Assembly: GCA_030390025.1 (NCBI GenBank)
Contig: JASTWF010000366.1
Location: 186,001 to 250,000, forward strand
From: Squalus acanthias
Taxonomy: Eukaryota
Direction: 5' to 3'
Length of the DNA stretch: 64,000 nt
The position numbers were made by a program, and so were the translations under genes. Under the pieces are notes generated by a model. It saw nothing but the letters and a program-made list of their open reading frames with translations, did no database searches and was not told the DNA's origin. Every line of letters begins with the position of its first letter. Position 1 is the first letter of the stretch. Shown one piece after another: positions 12,015-24,656 of this stretch.

Positions 12015-15000
12015 CATAGATACATAGATACATAGAAGATAGGAGCAGGAGTAGGCCATCCGGCCCTTCGAGCCTGCTCCGCCATTTAATGAGATCATGG
12101 CTGATCCTTCAATTCAGTATCCCGTCCCCGCCTTCTCTCCGTAACCCTTAACCCCTTTTGCCTGTAGAAATATATCTAATTCCCTCTTAAATATATTTAA
12201 TGAGCTGGCGTACACTGCCCTCTGTGGCAATGAGTTCCACAGGTTCACCACTCTCTGAGTGAAGAAATTCCCCCTCATTTCTGTCCTAAATGGTTTAGCC
12301 CTTATCCTTAAATTATGTCCTCTAGTTCTGTTCTCACCCGCCAAGGGAAACATTCCTTCTGCATCTAGTCTGTCTAGACCTGTCAGAATTTTATACACTT
12401 CTATGAGGTCCCCTCTCAATCTTCTAAACTCCAGTGTGTACATCCCTAAACTACATAGTCTCTCCTCATAGGTCAATCCCGCCATTCCTGGTATCAGCCT
12501 GGTGAATCGCCGCTGCACCCCCTCCATGGCAAGAACATCTTTCCTCAGATGAGGCGACCAAAACTGTACACAGTACTCGAGGTGTGGTCTCACCAGTGCC
12601 CTGTACAGCTGCAGCAAGGTATCCCTGTTCCTGTATTCCAACCCTTTTGCTATGAAGGCCAGCATACCGTTTGCCTTCTTGACCGCCTGTTGCACCTGCA
12701 TGCTCGCCTTCAGTGACTGGTGTACAAGAACACCCAGGTCTCTCTGTACTTCCCCCTCTCCCAATCTATTGCCATTTAAATAATAATTTGCCCTCCCGTT
12801 CCTGCACCCAAGGTGGATAACTTCGCACTTGTCCACATTATAGTGCATCTGCCATTTATCCGCCCAATCACCCAGTCTGTCCAAATCGCTCTGGAGCTTC
12901 CTGGTCTCCTCCTCTGAGCCCACCCCCCCTCCTAGTTTAGTGTCGTCTGCAAATTTGGAAATGCTGCATTCGACTCCCTGATCCAGGTCATTAATATAAA
13001 TTGTGAACAGCTGGGGACCCAGGACAGATCCCTGTGGTACCCCACTTGTTACTGCCTGCCATTCAGAAAATGAGCCGTTTATTCCAACTCTCTGTTTTCT
13101 ATCTGACAGCCAGTTCTCTATCCACGTCAATACTTTCCCCTTTATCCCATGAGCTTCAATTTTCCATGCTAATCTTTTATGTGGGACCTTATCGAAGGCC
13201 TTTTGGAAGTCCAGGTACACCACATCTACTGGCTCTCCCCCATCTATTTTACCAGTTACTCCCTCAAAAAATTCCAATAGATTAGTCAAGCACGATTTAC
13301 CCTTTGTAAATCCATGTTGACTCTGTCCTATCCTGTCCCCATTTGCTAAGTGCTCGGCTATTTCATCCTTAATGATGGACTCCAGCATTTTGCCCACAAC
13401 TGATGTAAGGCTTACAGGTCTGTAATTACCTGCTTTTTCCCTACCCCCCTTTTTGAATAGTGGGGTAACGTTAGCTACCCTCCAATCCATGGGCACTGTT
13501 CCCGAGTCTAATGAATTCTGAAAAATCATGCTTAGTGCATCCGCTATCTCTAGGGCCACCTCCTTCAGTACCCTAGGATGCATGTTATCAGGCCCTGGGG
13601 ATTTGTCCGCCTTCAATCCCTTTAGCTTCCTTAACACCATATCCTTAGAGATATTGATTTGCGTCAGTTCCTCCTTTGCCAATGTCCCTATTTTTCCCGA
13701 TATCCCAGGGAGGTTTTTTGTGTCTTCCTTCGTAAAGACTGACCCAAAGTATGCATTTAGTTGGTCTGCCATTTCCTTATTTCCCATTATATATTCCCCC
13801 GTATCTGACTGCAATGGACCAACTTTGGTTTTCACCAGTCTTTTCCTCTTGATATACTTATAAAAGCTTTTGGAGTTAGTTTTTATATTTTCCGCCAGCT
13901 TGCTTTCGTAAGCTATTTTGCCCTTCTTGATTAAGCCCTTTGCCCTCCTTTGCTCTATCTTAAACTGTTCCCAATCTTCCGCTCTGGCGCGTTTTTTGGC
14001 TATTTTATACGCCCTATCTTTGGATTTTATGCTGTCTCTAATTTCCCCTGTTATCCACGGTTGAGTCACCTTTTTAGATTTCCTTTTATGCCAGATTGGT
14101 ATAAACAATTTTTGCAATTTTGTCATTCTATCTTTAAATGCTTGCCATTGTTTATCTACCTCCAGTCCTCCCAGGAACGTTGTCCAATCAGACCTACTCA
14201 GTTCCCGTCTAATGGCATCATAATTCCCCTTGTTTAAATTCAGGACCTGAGTCTCTGAGTCAATTTCTTCGCTCTCCATTTCGAGTGAGAAATCGATCAT
14301 GTTATGATCGCTCTGACCCAAGGGTCCCCGTACAACAAGATTACTAATTAGTCCCTTCTCATTGCACAGTACCCAGTCCAATATAGCCTGTTCCCGAGTT
14401 GGTTCCTCGACATATTGATCCAGATAACCATCCCTTAAACACTCAAGGAATTCCTCCTCCTCATTATTTTTACTGATTAGGCTAGTCCAATCTATATGTA
14501 AGTTAAAGTCACCTATGATGACAGCTGTGCTCTTATTGCACGCTTCTCTAATTTCCCTCGTGATGCCCTCCCCAACCTCTATTTTACTATTTGGAGGCCT
14601 ATATACCACTCCTATTAATGTTTTTCGCCCCTCGCTATTTCTTAGCTCCACCCATATAGATTCTGTATTAACTGAGTTAATATCCTTCCTTTCAATTGCA
14701 TTTATCCCCTCTTTTACCAGCAATGCTACCCCTCCTCCCTTTCTTTTTTGTCGATCCTTCCTAAATACTGAATACCCCTGTATGTTAAGCTCCCAGCCCT
14801 GCTCACCCTGCAACCATGTTTCCGTAATCCCAATTAGATCATAATTATTAACCTCTATTTCCACAGCTAATTCATCTACCTTGTTCCTGATGCTTCTCGC
14901 ATTAAGGTATAAAACCCTCAGGCTTTTTTTATGCTCACATTTTTTATGAATTAGTTTGGCCCTTTGTTTTTTGTTCCTCTCCTTTTTACCATTTATTTCT

Positions 15001-15065
15001 GTCTGCCTTTCACTTTCCTCTATTTCACTACATGGGTTTCTAGCCCCCTGCCATACTAGTTTAAA
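12015..15065 (-). mobile_element. Young 5'-truncated CR1 LINE inserted into an older plus-strand CR1
   Basis: (ATCTATGT)n tail at 12015-12036. Short (A)TTATA duplication at both ends. The flanks 11.6-12.0 kb and 15.07-15.7 kb join into an older CR1 3' region. Confidence 0.93.
12114..14864 (-). CDS. CR1 ORF2 endonuclease/reverse transcriptase, uninterrupted (frame stays open upstream to about 15065)
   Basis: 916-aa ORF with APE motifs and RT motifs ([26 protein letters not shown]). The called start is a GTG, and the LYLNARS motif lies in frame upstream of it. Confidence 0.92.
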   Translation of the reverse strand: MEIEVNNYDLIGITETWLQGEQGWELNIQGYSVFRKDRQKRKGGGVALLVKEGINAIERKDINSVNTESIWVELRNSEGRKTLIGVVYRPPNSKIEVGEGITREIREACNKSTAVIIGDFNLHIDWTSLISKNNEEEEFLECLRDGYLDQYVEEPTREQAILDWVLCNEKGLISNLVVRGPLGQSDHNMIDFSLEMESEEIDSETQVLNLNKGNYDAIRRELSRSDWTTFLGGLEVDKQWQAFKDRMTKLQKLFIPIWHKRKSKKVTQPWITGEIRDSIKSKDRAYKIAKKRARAEDWEQFKIEQRRAKGLIKKGKIAYESKLAENIKTNSKSFYKYIKRKRLVKTKVGPLQSDTGEYIMGNKEMADQLNAYFGSVFTKEDTKNLPGISGKIGTLAKEELTQINISKDMVLRKLKGLKADKSPGPDNMHPRVLKEVALEIADALSMIFQNSLDSGTVPMDWRVANVTPLFKKGGREKAGNYRPVSLTSVVGKMLESIIKDEIAEHLANGDRIGQSQHGFTKGKSCLTNLLEFFEGVTGKIDGGEPVDVVYLDFQKAFDKVPHKRLAWKIEAHGIKGKVLTWIENWLSDRKQRVGINGSFSEWQAVTSGVPQGSVLGPQLFTIYINDLDQGVECSISKFADDTKLGGGVGSEEETRKLQSDLDRLGDWADKWQMHYNVDKCEVIHLGCRNGRANYYLNGNRLGEGEVQRDLGVLVHQSLKASMQVQQAVKKANGMLAFIAKGLEYRNRDTLLQLYRALVRPHLEYCVQFWSPHLRKDVLAMEGVQRRFTRLIPGMAGLTYEERLCSLGMYTLEFRRLRGDLIEVYKILTGLDRLDAEGMFPLAGENRTRGHNLRIRAKPFRTEMRGNFFTQRVVNLWNSLPQRAVYASSLNIFKRELDIFLQAKGVKGYGEKAGTGY

Positions 15066-16375
15066 TTATAGGAGATACAAGCCTTGGAAAAGGTTCAGAG
15101 AAAGGCCACTTGATTTCTAGTTCAAGGGCATTTATTTATCAGGACAGGCTTGGAGAACTGGGGCTTTTTACCCTGAAAAAGCATAGGCATAAAGGAGCTA
15201 TGATTGTGGTTTTTAAAATAATGATGGGATTAGATTCTGTCTAAGTGGATAGGTTATTTGAACGAGATAAACAGGGCACCACTAGGGTGTATCAGTAAAA
15301 GTTGTGAAAACAGAGTCAGATTAGGTACTAGGAAATACTTCTTTTCACAGAGAGTTGCCACCTCTGGAATTGGTTGCCAGCACATGCAGTGACTGCAGAT
15401 TTGCTGCAGGCCTTCAAAAGGGAGCTTGACAAGATCCTGCGAATTGAAGACATCTCGAGTTATAGAAGGTAGGTGGGTTAACAGGGTCTACTGGTATCAG
15501 TCACTGTGGTCTCCTGGAGCTTGTTGCTTGCATTCGGAGGTTAGAGAGGAATTTTCCAGTTCTTTCTTAAATTGGCCGAAGATCTTTTTGCCTTTCCTAG
15601 GAGACTGTGTGATTGCAGGGTCAGGGTGGTTTATGGAGCATGTAGATTGCGCCATGTTGGGCTGGAACAGGCTTCAAAGACCAGCTACTCTTTCTGTCCT
15701 TTTTCATTTATCCATATTGTTGAGCGGTAATTTGAATCACTGCATTTGCCAGGCTGTTGTGATATACAGATCAGCCATGATCTAATTGAATGACGGATCA
15801 GCCTTAAGGGGCTGAATGGCCTACTTCTGTTCCTATGTTCCCAAGTTACTCCTCTTCTGAAGATGCTGATTTATGCTATGGTACATTCCCAAAGACCAAC
15901 TGATCAACCCAAGTAACCATCCTTCTTGTGCAAGCCCAGAGTGTTAGCCGGTTATGTTACTGTGGGATGAATCAATGATTTGGAGGTGGTCTCAACTCCA
16001 TGGCAGAAAAATCCACAATTTAAAACAAAATGGCAATTGCATTCCAAAAAGCCACAAGGATGGCTAGTATTGGAAATAGTGCTTTTTTCCAAGTGAGGTT
16101 AAGCTACATTTTTAGTGCATATAACCTGTGCTGTACCTGACTTGGAAATGCTTAATGTAATATAAAGGGAACTTCATTCTACATTAAACCCATGCTTTTA
16201 TCTAAACTTGGGAATGCTTGATGTTGATTCTAAATGCGACTCCGTGTGACTTGTGTAAACTAGACTAACAATTCTGCCATGTGTCTGGACTAAAGGGGAG
16301 AGAGAGGACAGAATTTTAGAAGAGTTCATTTTCTTGATCGTCATCCAATGGTTCGTGCTGGGCTCGACTGTGATC

Positions 16376-19300
16376 ATGGAATCTTACAGCACAGTAGGAG
16401 GCCATTCGGCCCGTCATGCCTGTGTCAGCTCTTTGAAAGAGTTGTCCAATTTAGTCCCACACCCCAGCCTTTTCCCCATAACCCTGCAAATTAATCCTCT
16501 TCAAGTACATGTCCAATTGCCTTTTGAAAGTTCCTGTGGAATCTGATTCCACCACCCTTTCAGGTAGCGCGTTCCAGATCTTAACAACCCTCTGAGTGAA
16601 ATAATTTCTCCTCATCTCCCCTCTAGCTCTTTTGCCAATTATTTTAAATCTATGACCTCTAGTTACCAGCCCACTTGCCAGAGGAAACAGTTTCTCCCTA
16701 CTTGCTCTATCAAAACCCCTCATAATTTTGAATAACTATTAGGTCTCCCCTTAACCTTCTCTGCTCCAAAGAGAACAATCCCAGCTTCTCCAATCTCTCC
16801 ACATAACTGAAGACCCTCATCGCTGGTATCATCCTGTACCCTCCAGGGCCTTGACATCCTTCCTAAAAGTGTGGTGCCCAGAATTGTACACAGTACTCCA
16901 TCTGAGGCCTATCCAGAGATTTGTAAAGGTTTAGCATGACTTCCTTGTTTTTGTATTCAATGTCCCTATTTACAAAGCCAAGTATCCCATATGCTTTCTT
17001 AACCTACTTGCCCTGCCACCTTCAAAGATTTGTGAATATGCACCCCCAGGTCCCCATGTTCTTGCACCCCCCTCAAAATAGTACCATTTAGGTTAATACT
17101 GCCTCTCCATGTTGTTTCTCCCAAAGTGCATACCTTCACACTTACCTGCATTAAATTGCATCTGCCATTTCACCAGTCTGACTATGTCCTCCTGAAGTCT
17201 GCTACTATCATGCTCACTATTTACTATGCTGGACAGTTTTGTATCATCTACCAACTTCAAAATTGTACTCCCTATACCCAAATCCAGGTCATTTACATAC
17301 AAGAAAAACAGCAATAGTCCCAATACCAACCCCTGGAGGACCCCACTGCATACTTCTCTCCAGTCAGAAAAACATCTGTTCACCACTACTCTCTGCCTCC
17401 TATCTGTAAGATTATCATGGATTAGTTGGTTTTTAGAATACTTGTTTTACTATCTTATAAGCATCAGTATCTTATAATCATCAGTCATAGATTTATAATT
17501 GTGTGTAAGAATTAAATATAAAAGTCTGTAATCATCAACTGTATGCAATGATAACCTGAATTATATATAACATTTAACCCTTTATCTTATGCTTAAAAGT
17601 CTGTGAGTAAGCTGTAACCAGACAACCTGGGGAGAGAAAGAGGATTGCTATAGTCGAATAGTGAGGCTGTGGGTGAAAGTTGGATATTAGCCAACAGTAA
17701 GGATGAGACACAGAGTACAGCTAGCCTGGGAATCAAGGTTAGCTGCAGTTGCCACTGTTTTGGAATGTTAGAACATCCGCAGTGAATTATGAAAAACAAA
17801 GGCCAACAGCAAGGGCCGTATCTCAACCTATGGAGACATATTCCTTATGTATTGCCATAACTACCCCAGATATGAGTCTTAATGGCCAAAAACAGATGTA
17901 AGCGTGTCATAAGACTAAAGCCTGCGTAAGCCAGGGCACTACGAACGTGGCATCTTTATGATTGGATTTTGGGCTTGGGTGTCAGCCAGTGATTGGTTCA
18001 GGAGGACTCCATAGGTTTTGAATGAGAGTAAGGGTATAAGAAGGGGGTCTTAACAGCCACAAATTGTAGAAGATTTCAGGAGAAGATTATTTCAGGAGTA
18101 GAAGATTTCAGGACGAATCAAGGAGACACCCGGGAGACGGAGAGAGAAAGAGACAAGAGACACAGGGTCAGCCTGCTCACAGTTGCGCTTCTACCCAGAG
18201 GATAATGGGGTAATACAAGACTCAATTATTCTCTGTAAACTGCTGCTTGAATACTGTAATGTATTAAGTCTTGCTTGTGCTGAATAAAGTTAAATCACTG
18301 TCCCCAATACAGGTCAACATTGAATCATTTGGAACCAGGTCCCTCTGGGATCTTAAATATCCTCTAGCCAATTACAAGCCCAAGGTAACACCATCTCTAA
18401 TACCATGTGCTTCAATTTTCCGAATAAGTCTGTTATGAAGTACTTAATCAAATGCCTTTTGAAAGTCCATATACACACATCTATTGCACTACCTTCATCA
18501 ATCCTCTCTGTTACTTCATCAAAGAACTCATTCAGGTTAGTCAGACACGATTTGCCTTTAACAAATCTGTGCCGTCTCTCCCTTATGCTTCTCCAAGTGA
18601 GAATTAATTTTGAACTCGACAATGGTCTCTAGTAGTTTTCCCACCACTGACATTAGACCAATTGGTCTGTAATTGCCACGTTTATCCCTCTCCCCTTTTT
18701 TGAACAGGGTGTAATATTTGCAATACTACAGTCCTCTGGCCCCACTCCTATATCCAAGGAGGATTGAAATATGGTCAGAGCTTCTACAATCTCCACCTTA
18801 GCTTCCCTCAGCAACCTAGGATGCATCCCATCTGGAGCGGGTGACTTGTTAACTTTGAGTGATGCCAACTTATTTAGCACCTCCTTTCTATTTATTTTAA
18901 TCCTATCCAATATCTCTACTCCCCTGTCCTCTACTGTGACATTAACTTCATCCTCTTCTTTTTTGAAGACAGATGCAAAATACTCATTCAATACCCAGTC
19001 ATGCCCTCTGCCTCCACAAGAAGATTTCCTTTTTTGTCTCTAATCGGTCCCACCATTCCTTTAACTATCCTTGTACTTTTTATATGTTTATAAAAGATTT
19101 TTGGGTACCCTTTTATGGTGCCTGCTAATCTTTTCTCATACTCTTTGCCCTTCTTGTATCCTTTTTCAATTCCCCCCCCGGCACTCTCTGTATTCTGCCT
19201 GGTGTTCGATTGTATTCTGTACCTGACATTTGTCATAAACCTCCTTTTTCTGTTTTATTTTAACCAGGGAGCTCTAGCTTTGGATGCCCCAAATGTTCCT

Positions 19301-19390
19301 CCTTATGGGAATATGCTTGGTTTGTACACAAACTATCTCCACCTTGAATCCTGCCATTGCTCAGTTACTGTTTTCCTGGTCAATGTCCTC
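16376..19390 (-). mobile_element. Decayed CR1 LINE containing a solo LTR
   Basis: Minus-strand RT and C-terminal fragments (ORFs 16451, 17093, 18353, 18653, 18988). Confidence 0.88.
17405..18357 (+). mobile_element. Solo LTR (about 950 bp, ERV-like or Gypsy)
   Basis: TGTAAGAT...ATCTTAAA termini (7/8 inverted match). 4-bp TSD TATC (17401-04 and 18358-61). Reverse CCAAT boxes near 17960 and 17991, TATAA near 18035, AATAAA near 18283. Splits a CR1 RT region cleanly. Confidence 0.82.
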
Positions 19391-20394
19391 AACAGTTGAA
19401 CAGCCTGCCAACACTCACTGCCTAGGCTGATGCATGAAAAATATTAATTTGGATAAGTTATGGCTGTTTGCAACGGTGGAATTGTATCTTAACACAAGTC
19501 AGTGTTTTCAGGAAAGCGGAGAGGGGGGGATGAAAATTGCTGGTTCAAACAACTACAAAAATACCTCAGATTTTCTGAATCACTGACTTTCGTCCCTCAC
19601 TTCATTGGCTGAGATTCTCCTGTTTTCCTAATCTCTCTAGGTTTTTTCAATGTTTAGCAAACTACCTGTTCTTCTTCTAAAACACCCAATTTCTTTAAAC
19701 TCCTTTACACCCACAAAATATCTCCTTTTTTTGAAAATTACTGATGTGTATAATGCCTTATTCTTGTTACACTGGATATCAAATGTCATAATGTGATAGC
19801 ACTACCCAGTAGTTGGTACTCAGTAGTTGGTACTCTGAAGTACTGCCGCACACAACTTGATTTCCTGCAACGCCACTCAGTGGCTAGAATCGGGTACCAC
19901 AACAACTATTTCTAAACATTGGTTGCAGTGACATCAAGTGTTAAGAATAAGACACTGCACTATTTAAAAAAATGCCATCTCGGGCACTGTTATTTATGTT
20001 TTTGCAAAATGAACAAATATTCTTCAAATGGTTTCATCCAGCTGAGTTAAAATAATGTTTTTCTGAAAAGAGATACAGTCAAACAGTACTTGGAATCAGT
20101 GATTACCATGGATCAACATCCTCCGGGCTACACAATACAAATCCAATGCGCAATACTTTCACAAGTGGGTAACAATTTTGCAAAGCACAATAAGTAATTT
20201 GAGATTTTGTAATTAGTTAATTTTTTTTTAAGTCAAATTTGACAGTTCTACGCAAAGTATCTACGCCTAGGCTGCCTCTAGGCATGTGTTTCAAAGCATA
20301 AAACAAAGATACATCAATAATTATCCTGATGTTTCCCTGAATAACATTTGGAAGTTTTGAACTGAACCACTCCTTGGACATAATTCACTTCATG

Positions 20395-20790
20395 TCCGCT
20401 TGGCTCAGTTGGTAATACTCTCACCTGTGAATCAAAAGGTTGTGGGGTCAAGCCCTACTCCAGGAACTAAGCACATAATCTTTGTTGACACTCCAGTGCA
20501 GTACTGAGGGAATGCTGGATTGTTGGACGTGCTATCCTTCAGATTAGAACTTGAACCTGTTCTGGTGGATGTTAAAGAACCCAATGGCACTATTCAGAGA
20601 ACAAGGAGTTTTCCCGGTTCCAGGCCAACATTTCTAACCTCAAATACCACAAAAAACAGATTAACTGACCATTCACCTTTTTGATCATTGTAGAATTGTA
20701 CTTTGCCTACATAACAATAGTCATTGCAATTCAAAGTAATTCATTGTATAGTCAAGTGCTTTGAGAGGTTTGAGAGATGTGATATTCTTT
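20395..20790 (+). mobile_element. tRNA-derived DeuSINE (SacSINE1/AmnSINE-like)
   Basis: tRNA-like head TGGCTCAGTTGGTA...TCAAGCCC and Deu-domain core (cagtgcagtactgaggga...). Homologous to copies at 29.6, 51.2 and 58.6 kb. Confidence 0.75.
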
Positions 20791-21972
20791 CTTTTTTTAA
20801 TGTATTACTACCTGGTCTTCTGTGGTATTGCTCATGGTAAGTCAAATGTTACACTGTTGTATAAGCACAGAAGTACTGTACCATTTAACATCCAATGTGT
20901 TAGTCTACTGTTAAAGTGCAACCCTGTTTAATGAGTCCTCCCTCTTCACAGCCATAAAGTCTAATTACTATATCCCCCTAGGCTCAATTAGAGGTCAGAA
21001 GAAACCAGCACATTTCTCTCTTTTTAAAATGTGACTCCAAAGTCAATTAGAAGGTATATTCTTCTGCTGGGGAAGTATCTTTGTACTCTAGGACCCAACC
21101 AATACTACCAAAAGGAGGATTAAATAAGCCCTCCTTATAGCATGGAAGACTGTAGTGGTACTCCAACATGCTGCACCACCTTTGTACAAAATGGAACCAC
21201 CTTCACCACAGGGAGGAAGAATAATCAGAACAGTCAGCCATATCACTATCTTCAGAGTCAAGCATCACGACAACTTTCCTGCATTTCAGTGATATGATCC
21301 AACTTGAACTGTCATTTTTTTGACCAGCAAAAATGAAAGAATCAAATATTTCCAGGTAAGGGAAAAACAAGTTAGGTGCAAGATAAAGCTCCTATTACAC
21401 TGCCCCAACAATGTCCCTCAACCCCAACGGTACAATTGTGACATTTTTTCTATTTCTCCAGCCTCTGAGGGAGACTGCCAATTTAGAGTCAATTGGTGCT
21501 AACCATGGGCAATTTTGTTCTACAGGCCTGCGTACACGAGGAAATGGGTTTTGCTGCCACCCAAACTCATTTCACATACAACCTTTACATCCAGAAGAGA
21601 GATCTGACTTTCATCCCATCAGAGGTAAAAAGAAAAACTATGAATGCTATAAATGTGAATAAAAACAGAAAATACTCAGGAACTCATCAACATCGAAAAG
21701 AGAAAAGACAGATCAATGTTTCAGGTGGGGCCTAGTTCTCAGAGAGAGCTATGCCGGTAATGCCATCTTTCTCTTTGAGAGGCTGATTAACCTGCTGTGC
21801 ATTTCCAGTACTGTCTGTTTTTATTTCAACCCACCATATTCAAATCTAGTCCTAGAAGTGAAAGAACAGTATGTAACCCACTTCAAATTTAACCCCACCC
21901 CCACCCCATGAATTATAAACTAAAATAGTAAAGCATTTTTTTTTTAAATCAAAAGCAAGTATTTGTACTTAC

Positions 21973-22056
21973 CCTCTGACTTGAAATGATAGCATTTTCC
22001 CAGCAAAAAGACGGGCGAGTTCCTACTAAAATTTGTTTTGGTTCTCACAACCCAGC
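21973..22056 (-). CDS. ATG4C: ATG4C-like coding exon 2 (SWVVRTKTNFSRNSPVFLLGKCYHFKSE)
   Basis: Acceptor ctatcccttcag|GC, donor G|gtaagt, 84 nt, phase 1-1. Carries the FSRNSPV.LLGKCYHFK motif of ATG4C. Confidence 0.92.
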
Positions 22057-23064
22057 CTGAAGGGATAGAAGACAGAGAAGAGTATTATTAGCTAGCAACA
22101 CTACAAAGCACTTCATGGGACATTTCCCATTATTTCCAGAGTGACCCAGAAAGCTTCACTGACAAACAAAATACAGAAGCCCATTGTTTCAACTTTCTTT
22201 TAAAAAAAAACTGCCATTGGCAAAAAGCTGCACAGTTGGCATCTAAAGAAACTAGATTTCATTAAAGCATTCGAGAGGGGGGGGGGGGGGGTGGAGAACT
22301 GACTTTGCCACTGAGATGGGAGAAGATATATGGGTCATTTATCGATGTGATAAAAGTGAATTGGTTGTAGTTGAGTTGAATTACACATTGCAAACTGCAT
22401 TTGGCAAGCAAATATTTGCCCATTCTCTCCAAAGGCCGAGTTAATAATTGCGCTACCTAGCATGGAATTGAGTCACATAAGGCCAGTTTCTATCCCTGGT
22501 CTGTGCAGAGTTAGTTGATACAGCCAGAGCAACAGGAGCACTAAATTTGGTCTCAGAACCTGGATTAGAGATGCGGAAAAAAAATCAGAGTTCCCATCAC
22601 TGGTTGCTACCCAAGATTCCTGCTGGAAAGTGTGCATGTGTGGAAGTCTGGTGAGGGTAGGATCACACTCGACTATGAAACTAGGTGAATATCCTACTCA
22701 GAATGTTTAATGACATTTCATTTTATCGAGAGTGCCAGTCAGAAACTTGCGTGCACTCTTTATGATTTAAAAGATTGAAATATACTTCATATGTAGTGAC
22801 ATTTTTAAAAAGTGATAACATTTAAAATCATGTTTTTTCAAACATATTTCACACACAAATTTGAAATGCCGCACATTTTATAAAACGCGATCATGATGAA
22901 TAAGGTCTTTTGTCAAGAAGGGTTACAGAACAAATTTAGCAGCTGGAACATTTTATTTCATTCCAAAATACTTTCCACAAATAATCTGAATTTCAGAGAA
23001 AAACAAACTTCACTTTGTTATACCACAGCAGTGTAAAGAAGAATTTGCATTTATATCATATAAT

Positions 23065-24450
23065 AATACAGCATGGAAGGAGGCCATCCATGCCTGTGCC
23101 GGCTCTTTGAAAGAGCTATCCAATTAGTTCCACTCCCCTGCTCTTTCCCTGTAGCCCTGCAAATGTTTCCCCTTCAAGTATTTATCCAGTTCCCTTTTGA
23201 AAGTTATTATTGAATCTGCTTCCACCACTCTTTCAGGCAGTGCATTCCAGATCATCACAAATCGCTGCGTAACAATTTTTTCTCCCATGTTGTCTCTGCT
23301 TCTTTTGGCAATTACCTTAAATCGGTGTCCTCTGGTTACCGACCCTTCTGCCACTGGTAACAATTTCTCCTTATTTACGCTATCAAAACTATTCATAATT
23401 TTGAACACCTCTATCAAATCTCCTCTTAACCTTCTATGCTCTAAGGCGAACAACCCCAGCTTCTCCAGTCTCTCCATATAAATGGAAGTCCCTCATCCCT
23501 GGTACCATTCTAGTAAATCTCTTCTGCATGCTCTCCATAGCCTTGACATCCTTCCTAAAGTGTGGTGCCCAGAATTGAACACAATACTCCAGCTGAGGCC
23601 TAACCAGCACTTTATAAAAGTTTAGCAAAACTTCTTTGTTTTTGTACTCTATGCCTCTATTAATAAAGCCAAGGATCCCGTATGCCTTCATAACAGCCTT
23701 CTCAATTTGTCCTGCCACCTTCAAAGACTTGTGTACATGCACCCCCAGGTCTTACTCTGTTCATGCACCCCCTTTAAAATTGTACTATTTCGTTTATATT
23801 GCCTCTCCTCATTCTTCCTACCAAAATGAATCACTTCAAACTTTCCTGCGTTAAATTTTATCTGCCATGTATGTGTCTGCCCATTTCACCAGTCTATCTA
23901 TGCCCTCCTGAAGTCTGTTACTATCCTCCTCACTGAGTGTTGTGTCATCTGAAAACTTTGAAATTATGCCCTGTTTACCCAAATCCAGGTCATTAATATA
24001 TATCAAAAAGAGCAGTGGTCCCAACACCGACCCCTGGGGACACCACTGCACACTGCCATCCAGTTTGGAAAACAACTATTAACCACTACTCTCTGCTTTC
24101 TGTACCTTAGCCAATTTCATATTCACGCAGCCACTGCCCCTTTAATCCCATGGGCTTTAATTTTGCTACAAGTCTATTATGTGGTACTTTAAGCAAACAT
24201 CTTTTGAAAGTCCATATAATACATCAACCACACTACCCTCATCTACTCTCTCCATTACTTCAAAGAACTCACTCAAGTTAGTCAAACACGATTTGCCTTT
24301 AACAAATCCATGCTGACTTTAACTTATTCACCCATATTTTTCCAAGTGCCAATTAATTTTGTCCCGAATTAATGTCTCAAAGTTTCCCCACCACCAATGT
24401 TAGGCTGATTGGCCTGTAGTTGCCGGGTTTATCCCTCTCCCCTTTTTTAA
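23065..24450 (-). mobile_element. 5'-truncated CR1 LINE
   Basis: RT and C-terminal fragments (ORFs 23124, 23434, 23851). Confidence 0.88.
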
Positions 24451-24656
24451 AGAGCTTTTCATTACCTTAGGATGTCCCGAAGATCTTCACCAGCCAATTA
24501 ATCACTTTTGAAGTGTACTTACTGTCGCTTTGTAGGCAAATATAGCAGCCAATTTGAGTTCAGCAAGATTCCACAAACAACAATGAAACAAATGACTACT
24601 TAAATCTGTTTTGGTGGTATATAATATGAGTGAAGAATGGTAGCCAAAACCCGGGG

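Noticed and set aside
12259..14844. Many short antisense ORFs over CR1 copies
   Set aside because: They are shadows of ORF2 codon structure with no independent motifs.
16090..16230. Two degenerate ~70-bp units resembling a common shark tandem repeat
   Set aside because: Too decayed to call with confidence and unremarkable.
20395..20470. tRNA-like sequences here and at about 29570, 51175 and 58650
   Set aside because: They are SINE heads followed by the Deu core, with no intact cloverleaf.
21650..21830. Degenerate inverted Penelope pLTR-like pair (similar one at about 58420-58570)
   Set aside because: The hammerhead cores are eroded and the boundaries unclear, so these were not listed as ribozymes.
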